A stretch of 64,000 bases of DNA, taken from the NCBI GenBank assembly GCA_040905865.1, contig JBBDQU010000083.1, positions 1,539 through 65,538 on the forward strand, read 5' to 3'. Both the position numbers and the translations under genes were made by a program. The stretch comes from Alphaproteobacteria bacterium (GTDB lineage Bacteria > Pseudomonadota > Alphaproteobacteria > UBA8366 > GCA-2717185). The notes below the pieces were generated by a model. It searched no databases. It saw only the letters and a program-made list of their open reading frames with translations, and was not told the origin of the DNA. This document shows, piece after piece, positions 44,821 to 53,274 of the stretch. The stretch's first letter is position 1, and each line of letters begins with the position of its first letter.

Positions 44821-44940
44821 ATGAACGCGACGAAGCTCAGACGTACCCTGAAATCAGGCGGCCATGTGTTCGGCTGCATGCTGTTGCCGGGACACCCCAA
44901 CATGAACCGCCCCGGGATTGCCGGAGGCCGTTTGGTTTAA
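44821..44940 (+). pseudogene. 5' fragment of an HpcH/HpaI-aldolase-like gene
   Basis: A 39-codon ORF with a GAGG RBS: MNATKLRRTLKSGGHVFGCMLLPGHPNMNRPGIAGGRLV*. The first ~22 residues resemble HpcH-family N-termini, and the remainder is truncated. Confidence 0.35.
44876..44902 (+). repeat. 27-bp perfect direct repeat, left copy (GCATGCTGTTGCCGGGACACCCCAACA)
   Basis: It is identical to 48699-48725. The flanking bases differ on both sides. Confidence 0.95.
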
Positions 44941-44941
44941 G

Positions 44942-45250
44942 TTATGCGGCCACGGCGGCTCGTCCAGCAAGGCATGGTAGCGTTTTTCGGTTTTGCTTCC
45001 CTGTTTTGGTGTCCTGAAATTCGAAAATCGATTCATCAAGCCGGACTTCATCAACTTTCAGCGCCATGATTTCGCTGAGTTGCGCGCCTGTAAGTGCCAA
45101 GAGGCGATAGGCGTTTAAAGCAACCGCGGTTTTCCCCTCGGCTTGCATCGCGTCCATTGCGTCTGCAAGGGCCTTGTATTCGTCAGGGCGCAAGTATCGA
45201 TCTGGCCCGCAAACCCGGACACAACGCCGCATTTCTCTGTGCTCCAGCAA
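44942..45250 (-). pseudogene. tyrosine recombinase (phage-type integrase) internal fragment
   Basis: 102 aa: ...YLRPDEYKALADAMDAMQAEGKTAVALNAYRLLALTGAQLSEIMALKVDEVRLDESIFEFQDTKTGKQNR... This is the start of the catalytic domain. The N-terminal domain and the catalytic RHRY residues are missing. Confidence 0.75.
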
Positions 45251-45301
45251 TAATTTCAGGTGATTTCGTACCTGGCGGCAACGGGCAGGGTGGGCGACGC
45301 T

Positions 45302-45425
45302 GGGGATCAGTTACCTGTTCGTCGGCCATGACCTGCATGTCGTCCGCCTCCTCTGCGACCGGGTCATCGCGATCGCCGCGGTGCCGACGCCACCGGAACT
45401 CAGCTGCAAACCCGCCGCCGAGTAA
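45302..45425 (+). pseudogene. 3' fragment of a peptide-type ABC transporter ATPase gene
   Basis: It reads GISYLFVGHDLHVVRLLCDRVIAIAA... then a stop. This matches the D-loop/H-loop region (..SYLFISHDLxVVRxxxDRVxVM..) only. Confidence 0.5.
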
Positions 45426-45454
45426 GGTGTCGCCGAAACGCCGTGGTTTCGGGG

Positions 45455-46981
45455 TCAGTCCGTTCGCGGCGGTCGGTTGTCACGGGGAAAGCGGGCGATT
45501 ACCCGTAGTCCGCCGCCGTCGCGGTTCTCCGCTGCCACGCTGCCGCCGATCGCCTCCGCGTTGCGGCGTACGATCCATAGCCCGATTCCGAAATGGGTGT
45601 CGTATTTTCGCGTATCTGCGGGCGCGGCATCCGCATCGGGACGGTGCGAATAATAGCGCTCGAAGATGCGTTCCAGGCGGTCGGGCAATACACCGGGGCC
45701 CTCGTCCGCGACCGACAGTTCGATGACGTTGTCATCCCGCCGCAATCGCAGCTTCACCATGCCTTCCGGCGGCGTGAAACTTGCCGCGTTCTCGATCAGG
45801 TTCTCCACGATGGTTTCAAACAGCTCTATGCTGCCGCTCGACACGAGGGCCGGATCGATATCGGCCTGCAGCACCTGCCCCTGTTCCGTCATCGATGCCG
45901 CGAATTCGCGGCAGAGCGACTGGCAGAGAGCCGAGAGGTCCACCGGGTCGCGGGGCGGGTTCAGTAACCCGGCGGCAGCCTGATCCATGCGGCGCGCGGC
46001 GATCACCAGCGTATCCAGCCGGTCAACGGAGCGTTCGATCAACTCCAGCGCCCGACGGCTGCGTTCGTCCATGCGGGGAACGTTTCGTTTCAGCGGCTCC
46101 AGCGACTGAGAAATAACAGCCAGCGGGGTCTTCAGCGCATGGGCGTTTTCCTCCGCCGCCTGAACGATGGCGCTGGCTATCGCGCGTAGTCCGGACACCA
46201 GCCTGTCAAACTCCTCTGCAACGCCATCGAGTTCGGGAATGCGGTTCTGGCGGGCGAAGGACTTGCCATCACCGCCGGAGGTGCGGATTTCCGCTGCGAG
46301 CCTGCGAAAGCGCCGCAGGTTGCGCATGACGCGGGCAAACAGCCAGACGACGACGGCCGCCATGAGGGCGTAAACCAGTGCGGCGATCTGAACCTGCGGC
46401 GTGGTCCAGAAGGGACGCTGGGCTTGCGCCATGGGCGAGTCGGCCAGCGACTGCGCGGTGATCACGACCCAGCAGCCGGATTCCAGGTTACGGGGCGTGA
46501 TGGAGGTCGTGATTTCAACCTCGCCGCGCGGGTTCGTGTAGTTCCGGGCCGTCGTGTAATCGGCGGTACAGGAATTGTCCAGCCGGTCGAAGACGCCGCT
46601 GCGTGCGAGTTCCGCGCGCTCCGTTTCGAGGTATTCCGGTGGAACGGGCGGCGCCGAGGCGATGTAATAAAAACGCTCCGCCGAGGTGGTGCCGCGCGGC
46701 CTGAACAGGATCTTGACTTTTTTTCCCGGCGATGCAAAGCGGGCGAGGACGTCTGATAATGCGCCGGGCGCACCGGGGTCAAACGCTTCCAGCGCGGGCA
46801 AAATTGCCTCGCCAACGAGTCGTCCCTGCTCGCGGACGCTTTGCAGCAGCAATTCGGCGCGCTGCCGGTCCGCGAGGCGGAATTGGGTGTACAGGATTAT
46901 CGGGACCAGCAGAAAGATCGCCGTGAGCAGCGCGAATGTGGCCGTAATGGAACGCCACCTCCGGCGCTGCGAATCTGACAT
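45455..46981 (-). CDS. membrane sensor histidine kinase
   Basis: 508 aa. Two TM helices flank a ~170-aa periplasmic domain. H-box AHALKTPLAVISQSL, N-box ...IVENLIENAASFT..., G-boxes ADEGPGV and GIGLWIV. Confidence 0.9.
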   Translation of the reverse strand: MSDSQRRRWRSITATFALLTAIFLLVPIILYTQFRLADRQRAELLLQSVREQGRLVGEAILPALEAFDPGAPGALSDVLARFASPGKKVKILFRPRGTTSAERFYYIASAPPVPPEYLETERAELARSGVFDRLDNSCTADYTTARNYTNPRGEVEITTSITPRNLESGCWVVITAQSLADSPMAQAQRPFWTTPQVQIAALVYALMAAVVVWLFARVMRNLRRFRRLAAEIRTSGGDGKSFARQNRIPELDGVAEEFDRLVSGLRAIASAIVQAAEENAHALKTPLAVISQSLEPLKRNVPRMDERSRRALELIERSVDRLDTLVIAARRMDQAAAGLLNPPRDPVDLSALCQSLCREFAASMTEQGQVLQADIDPALVSSGSIELFETIVENLIENAASFTPPEGMVKLRLRRDDNVIELSVADEGPGVLPDRLERIFERYYSHRPDADAAPADTRKYDTHFGIGLWIVRRNAEAIGGSVAAENRDGGGLRVIARFPRDNRPPRTD

Positions 46982-46990
46982 GGCAGCGGC

Positions 46991-47731
46991 CTATCCGGAA
47001 TCGCCGCGCCAGCGGTAACCGTTGTCCGGATCATCCTCTATAGCGGTGCATGTCGCGTCCACGTCGCGAAACTTGCTTTGAATGCGCCTGACGCTATTGC
47101 GGATGCTGACGCGGAAGCCTTCTTCGATTGTGCGGGAATCTTCATTATGGGCCGCAGCATAAAGTTCGCGGGCCCGGATATTTGTCGATTCATGCTCGAC
47201 CAGGCAGCGGACGATACCGAATTCCACGGCATCCAGCGCCACCGTCGTACCCTTCCACCGTGCGGTCATTTCACCGAGGTCGAGACGTAACGGGCCGGAT
47301 TCCACATGGCGCCGGACGGGCTGCGCGCCATCGCCGCCACGCCGGTTGGCCAGGATCAGTTCCATGCGTTTCTGCAGGATAGGGAAGCTCCGCGATTTCT
47401 CCACGAAATCGACAGCGCCGGACGACAGCGCCGCCTCCTCGTAAATCTGATCGCTTAGATGGGTCAGGAAAATCACCGGCGTATCCGTGCCGTCTCGCCG
47501 AAGCTGGCGTAACACGTCAATGCCGTTCACCTGCGGCATCTTCCAGTCCAGCAGGATCAGGTCCGGCGGCGTTCCGGCTTTGAGATACTCCAGCACGGCA
47601 ATGCCGCTGTCGAAGTCGGTTACCGAAAAGCCCGCATCCTTCAGGTTCCCGATCAGCGACTCACGGAACAGTTCATCGTCATCGACGACGAAGACCCGCG
47701 GCGCGGCGTTGTCAACTGGTGTGTCGCGCAT
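46991..47731 (-). CDS. OmpR/PhoB-family response regulator
   Basis: Start at MRDTPVDNAAPRVFVVDDDELFRESL... Receiver domain (...LILLDWKMPQVNGIDVL...) plus a winged-helix output (...VEFGIVRCLVEH...RRIQSKF...GYRW). Confidence 0.9.
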   Translation of the reverse strand: MRDTPVDNAAPRVFVVDDDELFRESLIGNLKDAGFSVTDFDSGIAVLEYLKAGTPPDLILLDWKMPQVNGIDVLRQLRRDGTDTPVIFLTHLSDQIYEEAALSSGAVDFVEKSRSFPILQKRMELILANRRGGDGAQPVRRHVESGPLRLDLGEMTARWKGTTVALDAVEFGIVRCLVEHESTNIRARELYAAAHNEDSRTIEEGFRVSIRNSVRRIQSKFRDVDATCTAIEDDPDNGYRWRGDSG

Positions 47732-48230
47732 CGCGTTTCGCCTTGAGACGACCGAGACAACCGGCAGCCTCGGAACCGGAAGCCGGTTTGCCGCCGGCCG
47801 ATACGCCATAGGATAATGCCCGGAAGTCTCGATCCTTCATATCCATATAAAAGAATACCTCCAGCGTACAACCGCCGCCATCGAACAGCCATACCGTGGC
47901 GGGAAGTTCGTCGCGCACCATGCTCGGTTCGCCAAGCAGGTCGCGTGTCTGTTCGCGGCTTTTGCCCACCAGGGTGGCGGGGTCGACGGCCCCGGTAGCG
48001 GCTGCGCGGGGTTGAGGACGTGCCGGCCTGACTGGCGGCGCTGCCGATGCGACTGGCGGTTCGGGGCGTATGGCAGGTGGACGGGGCATTGGCGCGGTCG
48101 GCGGCAATGCGACTGGTTCCGGCGGTACGAGGGCTATTGGCGTTCGCTCTTCTGCGGTGCTGACACATCCGGCCAGCCCCAGAACCAACAGTACAGCGAT
48201 ATTTCGCAACCCTGCGGTATTCATGTCCAC
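47712..48230 (-). CDS. lipoprotein with proline-rich linker and BamE/SmpA-OmlA-like C-terminal segment
   Basis: 172 aa. Lipobox LVLGLAGC, then a Pro-rich tract (PPEPVALPPTAPMPRPPAIRPEPP...), then ...LVGKSREQTRDLLGEPSMVRDELPATVWLF... It overlaps the response-regulator start by 20 nt. Confidence 0.7.
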   Translation of the reverse strand: MDMNTAGLRNIAVLLVLGLAGCVSTAEERTPIALVPPEPVALPPTAPMPRPPAIRPEPPVASAAPPVRPARPQPRAAATGAVDPATLVGKSREQTRDLLGEPSMVRDELPATVWLFDGGGCTLEVFFYMDMKDRDFRALSYGVSAGGKPASGSEAAGCLGRLKAKRDARHTS

Positions 48231-48436
48231 CCTGCTTGTCGCGCAACCGGATTTAATTCATCTTATAGCCGTAGTGTCGCAGAATGCGGAACAGACTTCC
48301 AACAATATCCCGGCGCCGGGATGTGACGCGGCACGGAATTTTTCGCGGAAAAAGCCACACTCCCATAGTCTTTCAACGTAAACGGCCTAATTTTGTTCCC
48401 CCGGCCCGTCGGGCGGAAATCGGAGTGGGAAAAATC

Positions 48437-50674
48437 GTGGCGCGGATCGAGGTGACGGAAGTGACGCCAGGCGTCAGCTGGATTGAGGTGGCGGAAGCAA
48501 ATTTGCGACTGCTGTGCGGCTGCCCGGCGGATGTGGTGAAACATTTGATGCGCAAGGACCTGATAAGGTCCTGCCGTATCGGCGCGGTATCAGCGGAAAC
48601 TGGACCCAACGCCATCCTGTTGTCGGATACCATGCTGCAACAGGGCGAATTTGCCAATCTGGCGGAATTTCCGGTACTGCAGATGCTGTACAAGCAGGGC
48701 ATGCTGTTGCCGGGACACCCCAACAACACGGGCGCCAAGCCCCTGCTTATAGGCATTGGCAAGCAGCTTCGCGCGCAGCTCAACTACATCTACAGGGGCA
48801 ATTACGGGCTGGTGTCCGAAACGGAACTGATCGCCGCCGGGCTCGATTCGGCGGCGGCGCATGAAGCGATGCGCATCAAGCTTCATTTTGCCTTCGGCAG
48901 TATTCGCGATTCCGGCGAACTGCTGGATTGCATCGAACTCGACAATGACCGCCGGGAAATCCGCAATGGCGTCAGCATCCGGCGCACGGGGCTGAACTGT
49001 TACGACATCGATTATGGCGACGAATGTATCACTGTCGACCTGAACCAGACCGATCCCGACGGATATCATTCGCCTTATGCGCTGGGTGCGCACCGCGCGC
49101 CCCGGGAATATTTTTCCGTGGTCCATTCGGGTGAAGGCGATGGCTGGGATATCAACCGGCCGTCGATGGGGAGCCTGATCTCGTTTCAGGGGCGCTTCTA
49201 TCTGGTCGACGCCGGCCCCAATCTGAGCGCCATCCTGCAATCGCTGAGCATCAGCGTGAATGAACTGGAAGGCATTTTTCATACCCATTCCCATGACGAC
49301 CATTTCGCCGGGCTGACGACGCTTATCCAGGCCGATCACAAGCTTCGCTATTTCGCGGTGCCGGCGGTTCGCGCGGCGGTTACCAAGAAGCTGGCGGCGC
49401 TGACCGAAATCGAGGAATGGCAGTTTGAAACCTATTTCGATACGGTCGATCTGAAACCCGATATCTGGAACGATGTGAACGGTCTGGAAGTGATGCCGGT
49501 GATGTCGCCGCATCCGGTCGAAACATCGATTTTTCATTTCAGGGCTGAAAGTACCGAGGGATACAAAAGTTATTCCCATCTCGCCGATATCGCCGCTTTC
49601 CGCGTGCTCGACAATATGGTGACCGAGGACGCGGACAAGCCGGGACTGACACCGGACCGTAATGCCGCGATCCGCGCCAGTTACCTGTCTTTTGCCCATC
49701 TGAAGAAAATCGATATCGGCGGCGGGCTGATCCATGGCGATGCGGTCGATTTTGACCGCGATCCGTCGGACAAGGTGGTGCTGGCCCATCTGGCGCGGCC
49801 GCTGAATGTCGACGAGCGGCAGATCGGGTCCGGCGCGGATTTTGGCACCCATGACGTGCTGATCGCCGGTCGTCAGGATTACCTGCGGCGCCAGGCCTTC
49901 GGCTATCTGCGCAGTTACTATCCGGAACTGCCCAATTCGCGCCTCGAAGTGCTGATGAACAATGCGCTGATTGCGTTCAACCCGCAGGAAATCCTGATTC
50001 GCCGCGACAGGCCGGTGGACGAATTGCTGCTGATCCTGTCCGGAACGGGAGAGGCGTTCGAGGCGGGTGTGCCGCAGCCCACGCGCGTCGCCGCCGGCGA
50101 GCTGTTCGGCGAACTGGAAGCGCTTCGGGGCATTCCCTCGACACGCACGCTGCGCGCGAAGAGTTTCCTGCATGCGTTATCGATTCCGCGTGAACAGTAC
50201 GCCGCCTTCATAGACCGGCACGGCCAGCGCGCCGTGGCCGAGGAACTGGCGGAGAAGCGCGACTGGCTGCGGCGCTGCTGGCTGTTTCGCGACAATCTCG
50301 GCTGTGTTGTGCTGAACCGGATCGCCATCGCCCTGTCCCGCGCGGAACTGGAGGACGGCCCCGTGCCCGAAACCGACGCGGATGCCAGCGTATTGCGGCT
50401 GGTAAAGGATGGTGTTCTCAAGCGGCTGGTCGGCGGTGCGGTGGTGGAGACATTGCAGGATGGCGATTTTTTCAACGAGGAACGCTGTTTCGCCAAAAAG
50501 GCGAACCCGTCGGAGCTCTATGCTATCGGTTCGGTGGATTTATGGGACATCGACGCGCCCTTTATTGCCGATATTCCGATTGTCCGCTGGAAGATCCTTG
50601 AACTTTCCCGCCGCCGGTTGCAGCTTACGGGCGATGCTGCGGTAACGGCCAAGGCTGTGCTGGCGGAGGTGTAA
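48437..50674 (+). CDS. multidomain protein: conserved N-terminal domain + metallo-beta-lactamase fold + two cyclic-nucleotide-binding-like domains
   Basis: The track ORF is 48284..50674. I prefer the GTG at 48437 (GGAG/GGGA upstream), giving (M)ARIEVTEVTPGVSWIEV... MBL motif IFHTHSHDDHFAGL. cNMP-like segments ...LLLILSGTGEAF...AAGELFGELEALRG... and ...LQDGDFFNEE... The start is uncertain. Confidence 0.8.
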   Translation: MARIEVTEVTPGVSWIEVAEANLRLLCGCPADVVKHLMRKDLIRSCRIGAVSAETGPNAILLSDTMLQQGEFANLAEFPVLQMLYKQGMLLPGHPNNTGAKPLLIGIGKQLRAQLNYIYRGNYGLVSETELIAAGLDSAAAHEAMRIKLHFAFGSIRDSGELLDCIELDNDRREIRNGVSIRRTGLNCYDIDYGDECITVDLNQTDPDGYHSPYALGAHRAPREYFSVVHSGEGDGWDINRPSMGSLISFQGRFYLVDAGPNLSAILQSLSISVNELEGIFHTHSHDDHFAGLTTLIQADHKLRYFAVPAVRAAVTKKLAALTEIEEWQFETYFDTVDLKPDIWNDVNGLEVMPVMSPHPVETSIFHFRAESTEGYKSYSHLADIAAFRVLDNMVTEDADKPGLTPDRNAAIRASYLSFAHLKKIDIGGGLIHGDAVDFDRDPSDKVVLAHLARPLNVDERQIGSGADFGTHDVLIAGRQDYLRRQAFGYLRSYYPELPNSRLEVLMNNALIAFNPQEILIRRDRPVDELLLILSGTGEAFEAGVPQPTRVAAGELFGELEALRGIPSTRTLRAKSFLHALSIPREQYAAFIDRHGQRAVAEELAEKRDWLRRCWLFRDNLGCVVLNRIAIALSRAELEDGPVPETDADASVLRLVKDGVLKRLVGGAVVETLQDGDFFNEERCFAKKANPSELYAIGSVDLWDIDAPFIADIPIVRWKILELSRRRLQLTGDAAVTAKAVLAEV
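48699..48725 (+). repeat. 27-bp perfect direct repeat, right copy
   Basis: It is identical to 44876-44902. It lies inside the MBL-cNMP ORF (codons ...QGMLLPGHPNN...), in the same reading phase as the left copy in its ORF fragment. Confidence 0.95.
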
Positions 50675-50753
50675 GCGCCGCGCTGAAATTCCGCTCGCGG
50701 CGCCGGTCTTATGCAATAATCCGTGATTTGCGGGGAATCGTTCTGTTTCCGGA

Positions 50754-51287
50754 CTACTCGATCAGATCGCCGATATCGACATTCAGCGCCGCTGCGAGCA
50801 GGCGGTATACGCGCGTCGATCCGCCACGCTTCCGGGTTTCGATCTGCGACAGGTATGTGGCGTTCAGTCCTGTCCGGGCCGCGAGTTCCTTTTGCGACAG
50901 GCCCCGGTGGTTCCGGAACACTTTGAGCGGATGGTCGCCGTCGAGCAGCCGGTCCATTACCGCCAGCGGCATGGGGTCGTCGCCGCCGAACTCGCCGTCT
51001 TCCGGCATCAGCGAGTCGCCAGCCTCCCTGAACGGCGTATCGTCAAGCCATCCCTGCAGGGACGATATGGTGTCGGAATCGTGAACCCTGATGCCGTCGT
51101 TCAAATATGTATCGGTTTGGCGGGTCCCTTCGCGGGCGAGGCGCCGCAACCGGACAAATAGCGGCCAGGGCAGGACTGCGAAAGCAGGCGGGCCTGATGC
51201 CGGAACGGGGATGACCCAGTCGCCGGAATGGCCCTGCCCGGCGGTCGTCGCCCCGGATTCCGAATCGGCGTCATCGTCCATCATCAC
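50754..51287 (-). CDS. XRE-family HTH protein with ~100-aa acidic N-terminal extension
   Basis: 177 aa. The C-terminal HTH reads ...VFRNHRGLSQKELAARTGLNATYLSQIETRKRGGSTRVYRLLAAALNVDIGDLIE. The N-terminus MMMDDDADSESG... has no recognisable family. Confidence 0.8.
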   Translation of the reverse strand: MMMDDDADSESGATTAGQGHSGDWVIPVPASGPPAFAVLPWPLFVRLRRLAREGTRQTDTYLNDGIRVHDSDTISSLQGWLDDTPFREAGDSLMPEDGEFGGDDPMPLAVMDRLLDGDHPLKVFRNHRGLSQKELAARTGLNATYLSQIETRKRGGSTRVYRLLAAALNVDIGDLIE

Positions 51288-51384
51288 CCGAAACCCTCGC
51301 GTTGCGACAGATGTTTTGCCGTTTAATTTAGCACAATGCTATGATTATGTCGCCGGTTCGTTTGCTGGTCCGTCCGGTGGGCGC

Positions 51385-51450
51385 CAGATCAGGTCATGGC
51401 GGTTGGAATCGCCGTTGGCGATCCAGCCACCATGTGAATCTGATAGATCT
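51385..51450 (+). repeat. palindromic element copy D (degenerate termini)
   Basis: cagatcaggtcatggcggttggaatcgccgttggcgatccagccaccatgtgaatctgatagatct aligns along its length with copies A and B. Confidence 0.75.
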
Positions 51451-51461
51451 TATCGTGCCGA

Positions 51462-52058
51462 TCAAACGGCGGCGGTGTAGGGCGGCGCCGGATCATATTC
51501 GATGCGCTTCTGGACGGCCCGTGCGAAGGCGGGGCTGTCGGTCTGGCCGATGAGCCACAGTGACATGTCGATCCCGGCCGAGACTCCGGCGGAACTGACG
51601 ACATTGCCGTCGCGCACGAAACGCATGTCGTCGACGACCTCCGCCGCGCCGCCGCGCTCGCGCAGGGTATCGACAAAGGCCCAGTGCGTTGTCACCCGTT
51701 TGCCACGGGCAGGGCCCGCTTCGATCAGCAGCATGGCCCCCGTGCAGACGCTGGTGACCCAGGTGCAGCCTGGCGCGACCCTGGCGATCCAGTCGATCAC
51801 CGCCTGGTTGTTGACCTCCGTTCGGGTGCCCATGCCGCCGGGAACGAGGACGATATCCAGCGGCGGCGCGGTTTCGAAGCTGTGATCGGCTTCGATGCGC
51901 AGTCCTTTGGCGCATTTCACCATGCCGCCATGCTGGGAGACGGTCACGACCCTGCCGCTGCCGCGAACTTCGGCGGCCATGGTGAATACTTCCCATGGGC
52001 CAATGGCGTCGAGTTCTTCCACTTGATCAAAAATCAGGATACCGGTGGTATAGGTCAT
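51462..52058 (-). CDS. DJ-1/PfpI-family protein
   Basis: Start at MTYTTGILIFDQVEELDAIGPWEVF... Nucleophile elbow ...WVTSVCTGAMLLIEAG... Confidence 0.88.
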   Translation of the reverse strand: MTYTTGILIFDQVEELDAIGPWEVFTMAAEVRGSGRVVTVSQHGGMVKCAKGLRIEADHSFETAPPLDIVLVPGGMGTRTEVNNQAVIDWIARVAPGCTWVTSVCTGAMLLIEAGPARGKRVTTHWAFVDTLRERGGAAEVVDDMRFVRDGNVVSSAGVSAGIDMSLWLIGQTDSPAFARAVQKRIEYDPAPPYTAAV

Positions 52059-52106
52059 TCGGGGAATTCCTTCTGAGTGGACGGTTCCGACCAAACAAGA
52101 TGTGAT

Positions 52107-53135
52107 CTACAGGGCTGGAGCCCGGAAACGGCGACGATAGTCCAGCGGCGAAATCCGGAAATGCCGCTGAAACGATTTGCGCAGGCGTTCCGCATTGCCA
52201 AAACCGGCGTCATGGGCGATGGATTCCAGCCGGGCGGACGATTCTTCCAGCCGGCGGCGGCAGAAATCGAGCCGTGCCGTTTCCACGAACCTGGCGGGTG
52301 TCTGACCTGTATGACGGGTGAACAGGCGCGCAAAGTTGCGCGGACTCATGGCGGCACGGTCCGCCAAAACGGGGACGCTGAGTTCCGCGCCGAGATTTTC
52401 CAGAATCCATCGCTGCAAGGCGCCGAAGGGGCTGTCTTCGCCGCTTTGCGCCGCCAGTGTGGCGCTGAACTGCGATTGTCCGCCAGGTCGCTTCAGATAC
52501 ATCACCTTGTCACGGGCAATGGCGAGGGCCAATGCGCGATCGTAGTCCTCCTCTACCAGCGCCAGCGCCAGATCCATGCCGGCCGTTACGCCGGCGGAGC
52601 TGTATACGTGCCTGTCCCGGACATGGATGGCGTCCGGTTCCACGCTGATCGCCGGGTAGCGATGCGCCAGTTGCGCACAATGGCGCCAGTGGGTTGTCGC
52701 CCGCCTGCCGTTGAGGACGCCGGCTTCCGCCAGCAGAAAGGCGCCGGTGCAGACCGAGGCGATGCGTCTCACCCTGCCCGCCGCACGGGCAATCCAGTCG
52801 ATCAGCCTACGGTCGCCCAGTATTTGCTGCACGCCTGTTCCGCCAGCGATCAGGAGGGTATCGATTCTCGCGAGGTCCGCTGTCTCGATTGTCTGGTCCG
52901 GAATGATTTTGATGCCACAGGACGTGGTGACCGGAGTGAGGTCCGCCGCCAGCAGCGTTGTTGCATAGAGGTCTGGCGCCATGCCATCCGCCGCGAGGAT
53001 CTGCGATGCCGTGGCGAAGACGGAAAGCGGTCCCGTGACATCGATAATCTGTGCGTCCGGGAAGCAGAACATGGCGATCCGGCGGGATTTGATTTTCTGC
53101 GCCGGAATCGGGAGGCGTGTATCGATCTGGTTCAT
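52107..53135 (-). CDS. GlxA-family transcriptional regulator (DJ-1/PfpI-like domain + AraC HTH)
   Basis: Start at MNQIDTRLPIPAQKIKSRRIAMFCFPDAQIIDVTGP... It contains ...IASVCTGAFLLAEAG... and C-terminal ...LESIAHDAGFGNAERLRKSFQRHFRISPLDYRRRF. Confidence 0.88.
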   Translation of the reverse strand: MNQIDTRLPIPAQKIKSRRIAMFCFPDAQIIDVTGPLSVFATASQILAADGMAPDLYATTLLAADLTPVTTSCGIKIIPDQTIETADLARIDTLLIAGGTGVQQILGDRRLIDWIARAAGRVRRIASVCTGAFLLAEAGVLNGRRATTHWRHCAQLAHRYPAISVEPDAIHVRDRHVYSSAGVTAGMDLALALVEEDYDRALALAIARDKVMYLKRPGGQSQFSATLAAQSGEDSPFGALQRWILENLGAELSVPVLADRAAMSPRNFARLFTRHTGQTPARFVETARLDFCRRRLEESSARLESIAHDAGFGNAERLRKSFQRHFRISPLDYRRRFRAPAL

Positions 53136-53274
53136 GTGCCGGAACGTCGCATGCCATTGTCCTGGCCGCAATGACACAGTTCGGGCATTTTCTGCCAGAT
53201 GGGGCCGGTTAAAGGCCGTTTCGGGCGGCAGGCATGCGGGTGTAGGCTGGGCAAAACGGAAACTGGGGAGTTCC

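Noticed and set aside
48590-50173. 527-aa minus-strand ORF inside the MBL-cNMP gene. Also 56732..57982 and 58174..59382, opposite the aminotransferase and hemA.
   Set aside because: All are shadow ORFs with no motifs. The sense strands carry HxHxDH, PLP-lysine and ALAS signatures.
50754-50772. GATCAGATC 9-mer at the 3' end of the XRE gene, resembling the terminal repeat of the 64-bp element.
   Set aside because: Only the 9-mer matches, and nothing further of the element follows. A single 9-mer hit is within chance expectation for a window this size. It encodes the common ...DLIE C-terminus.
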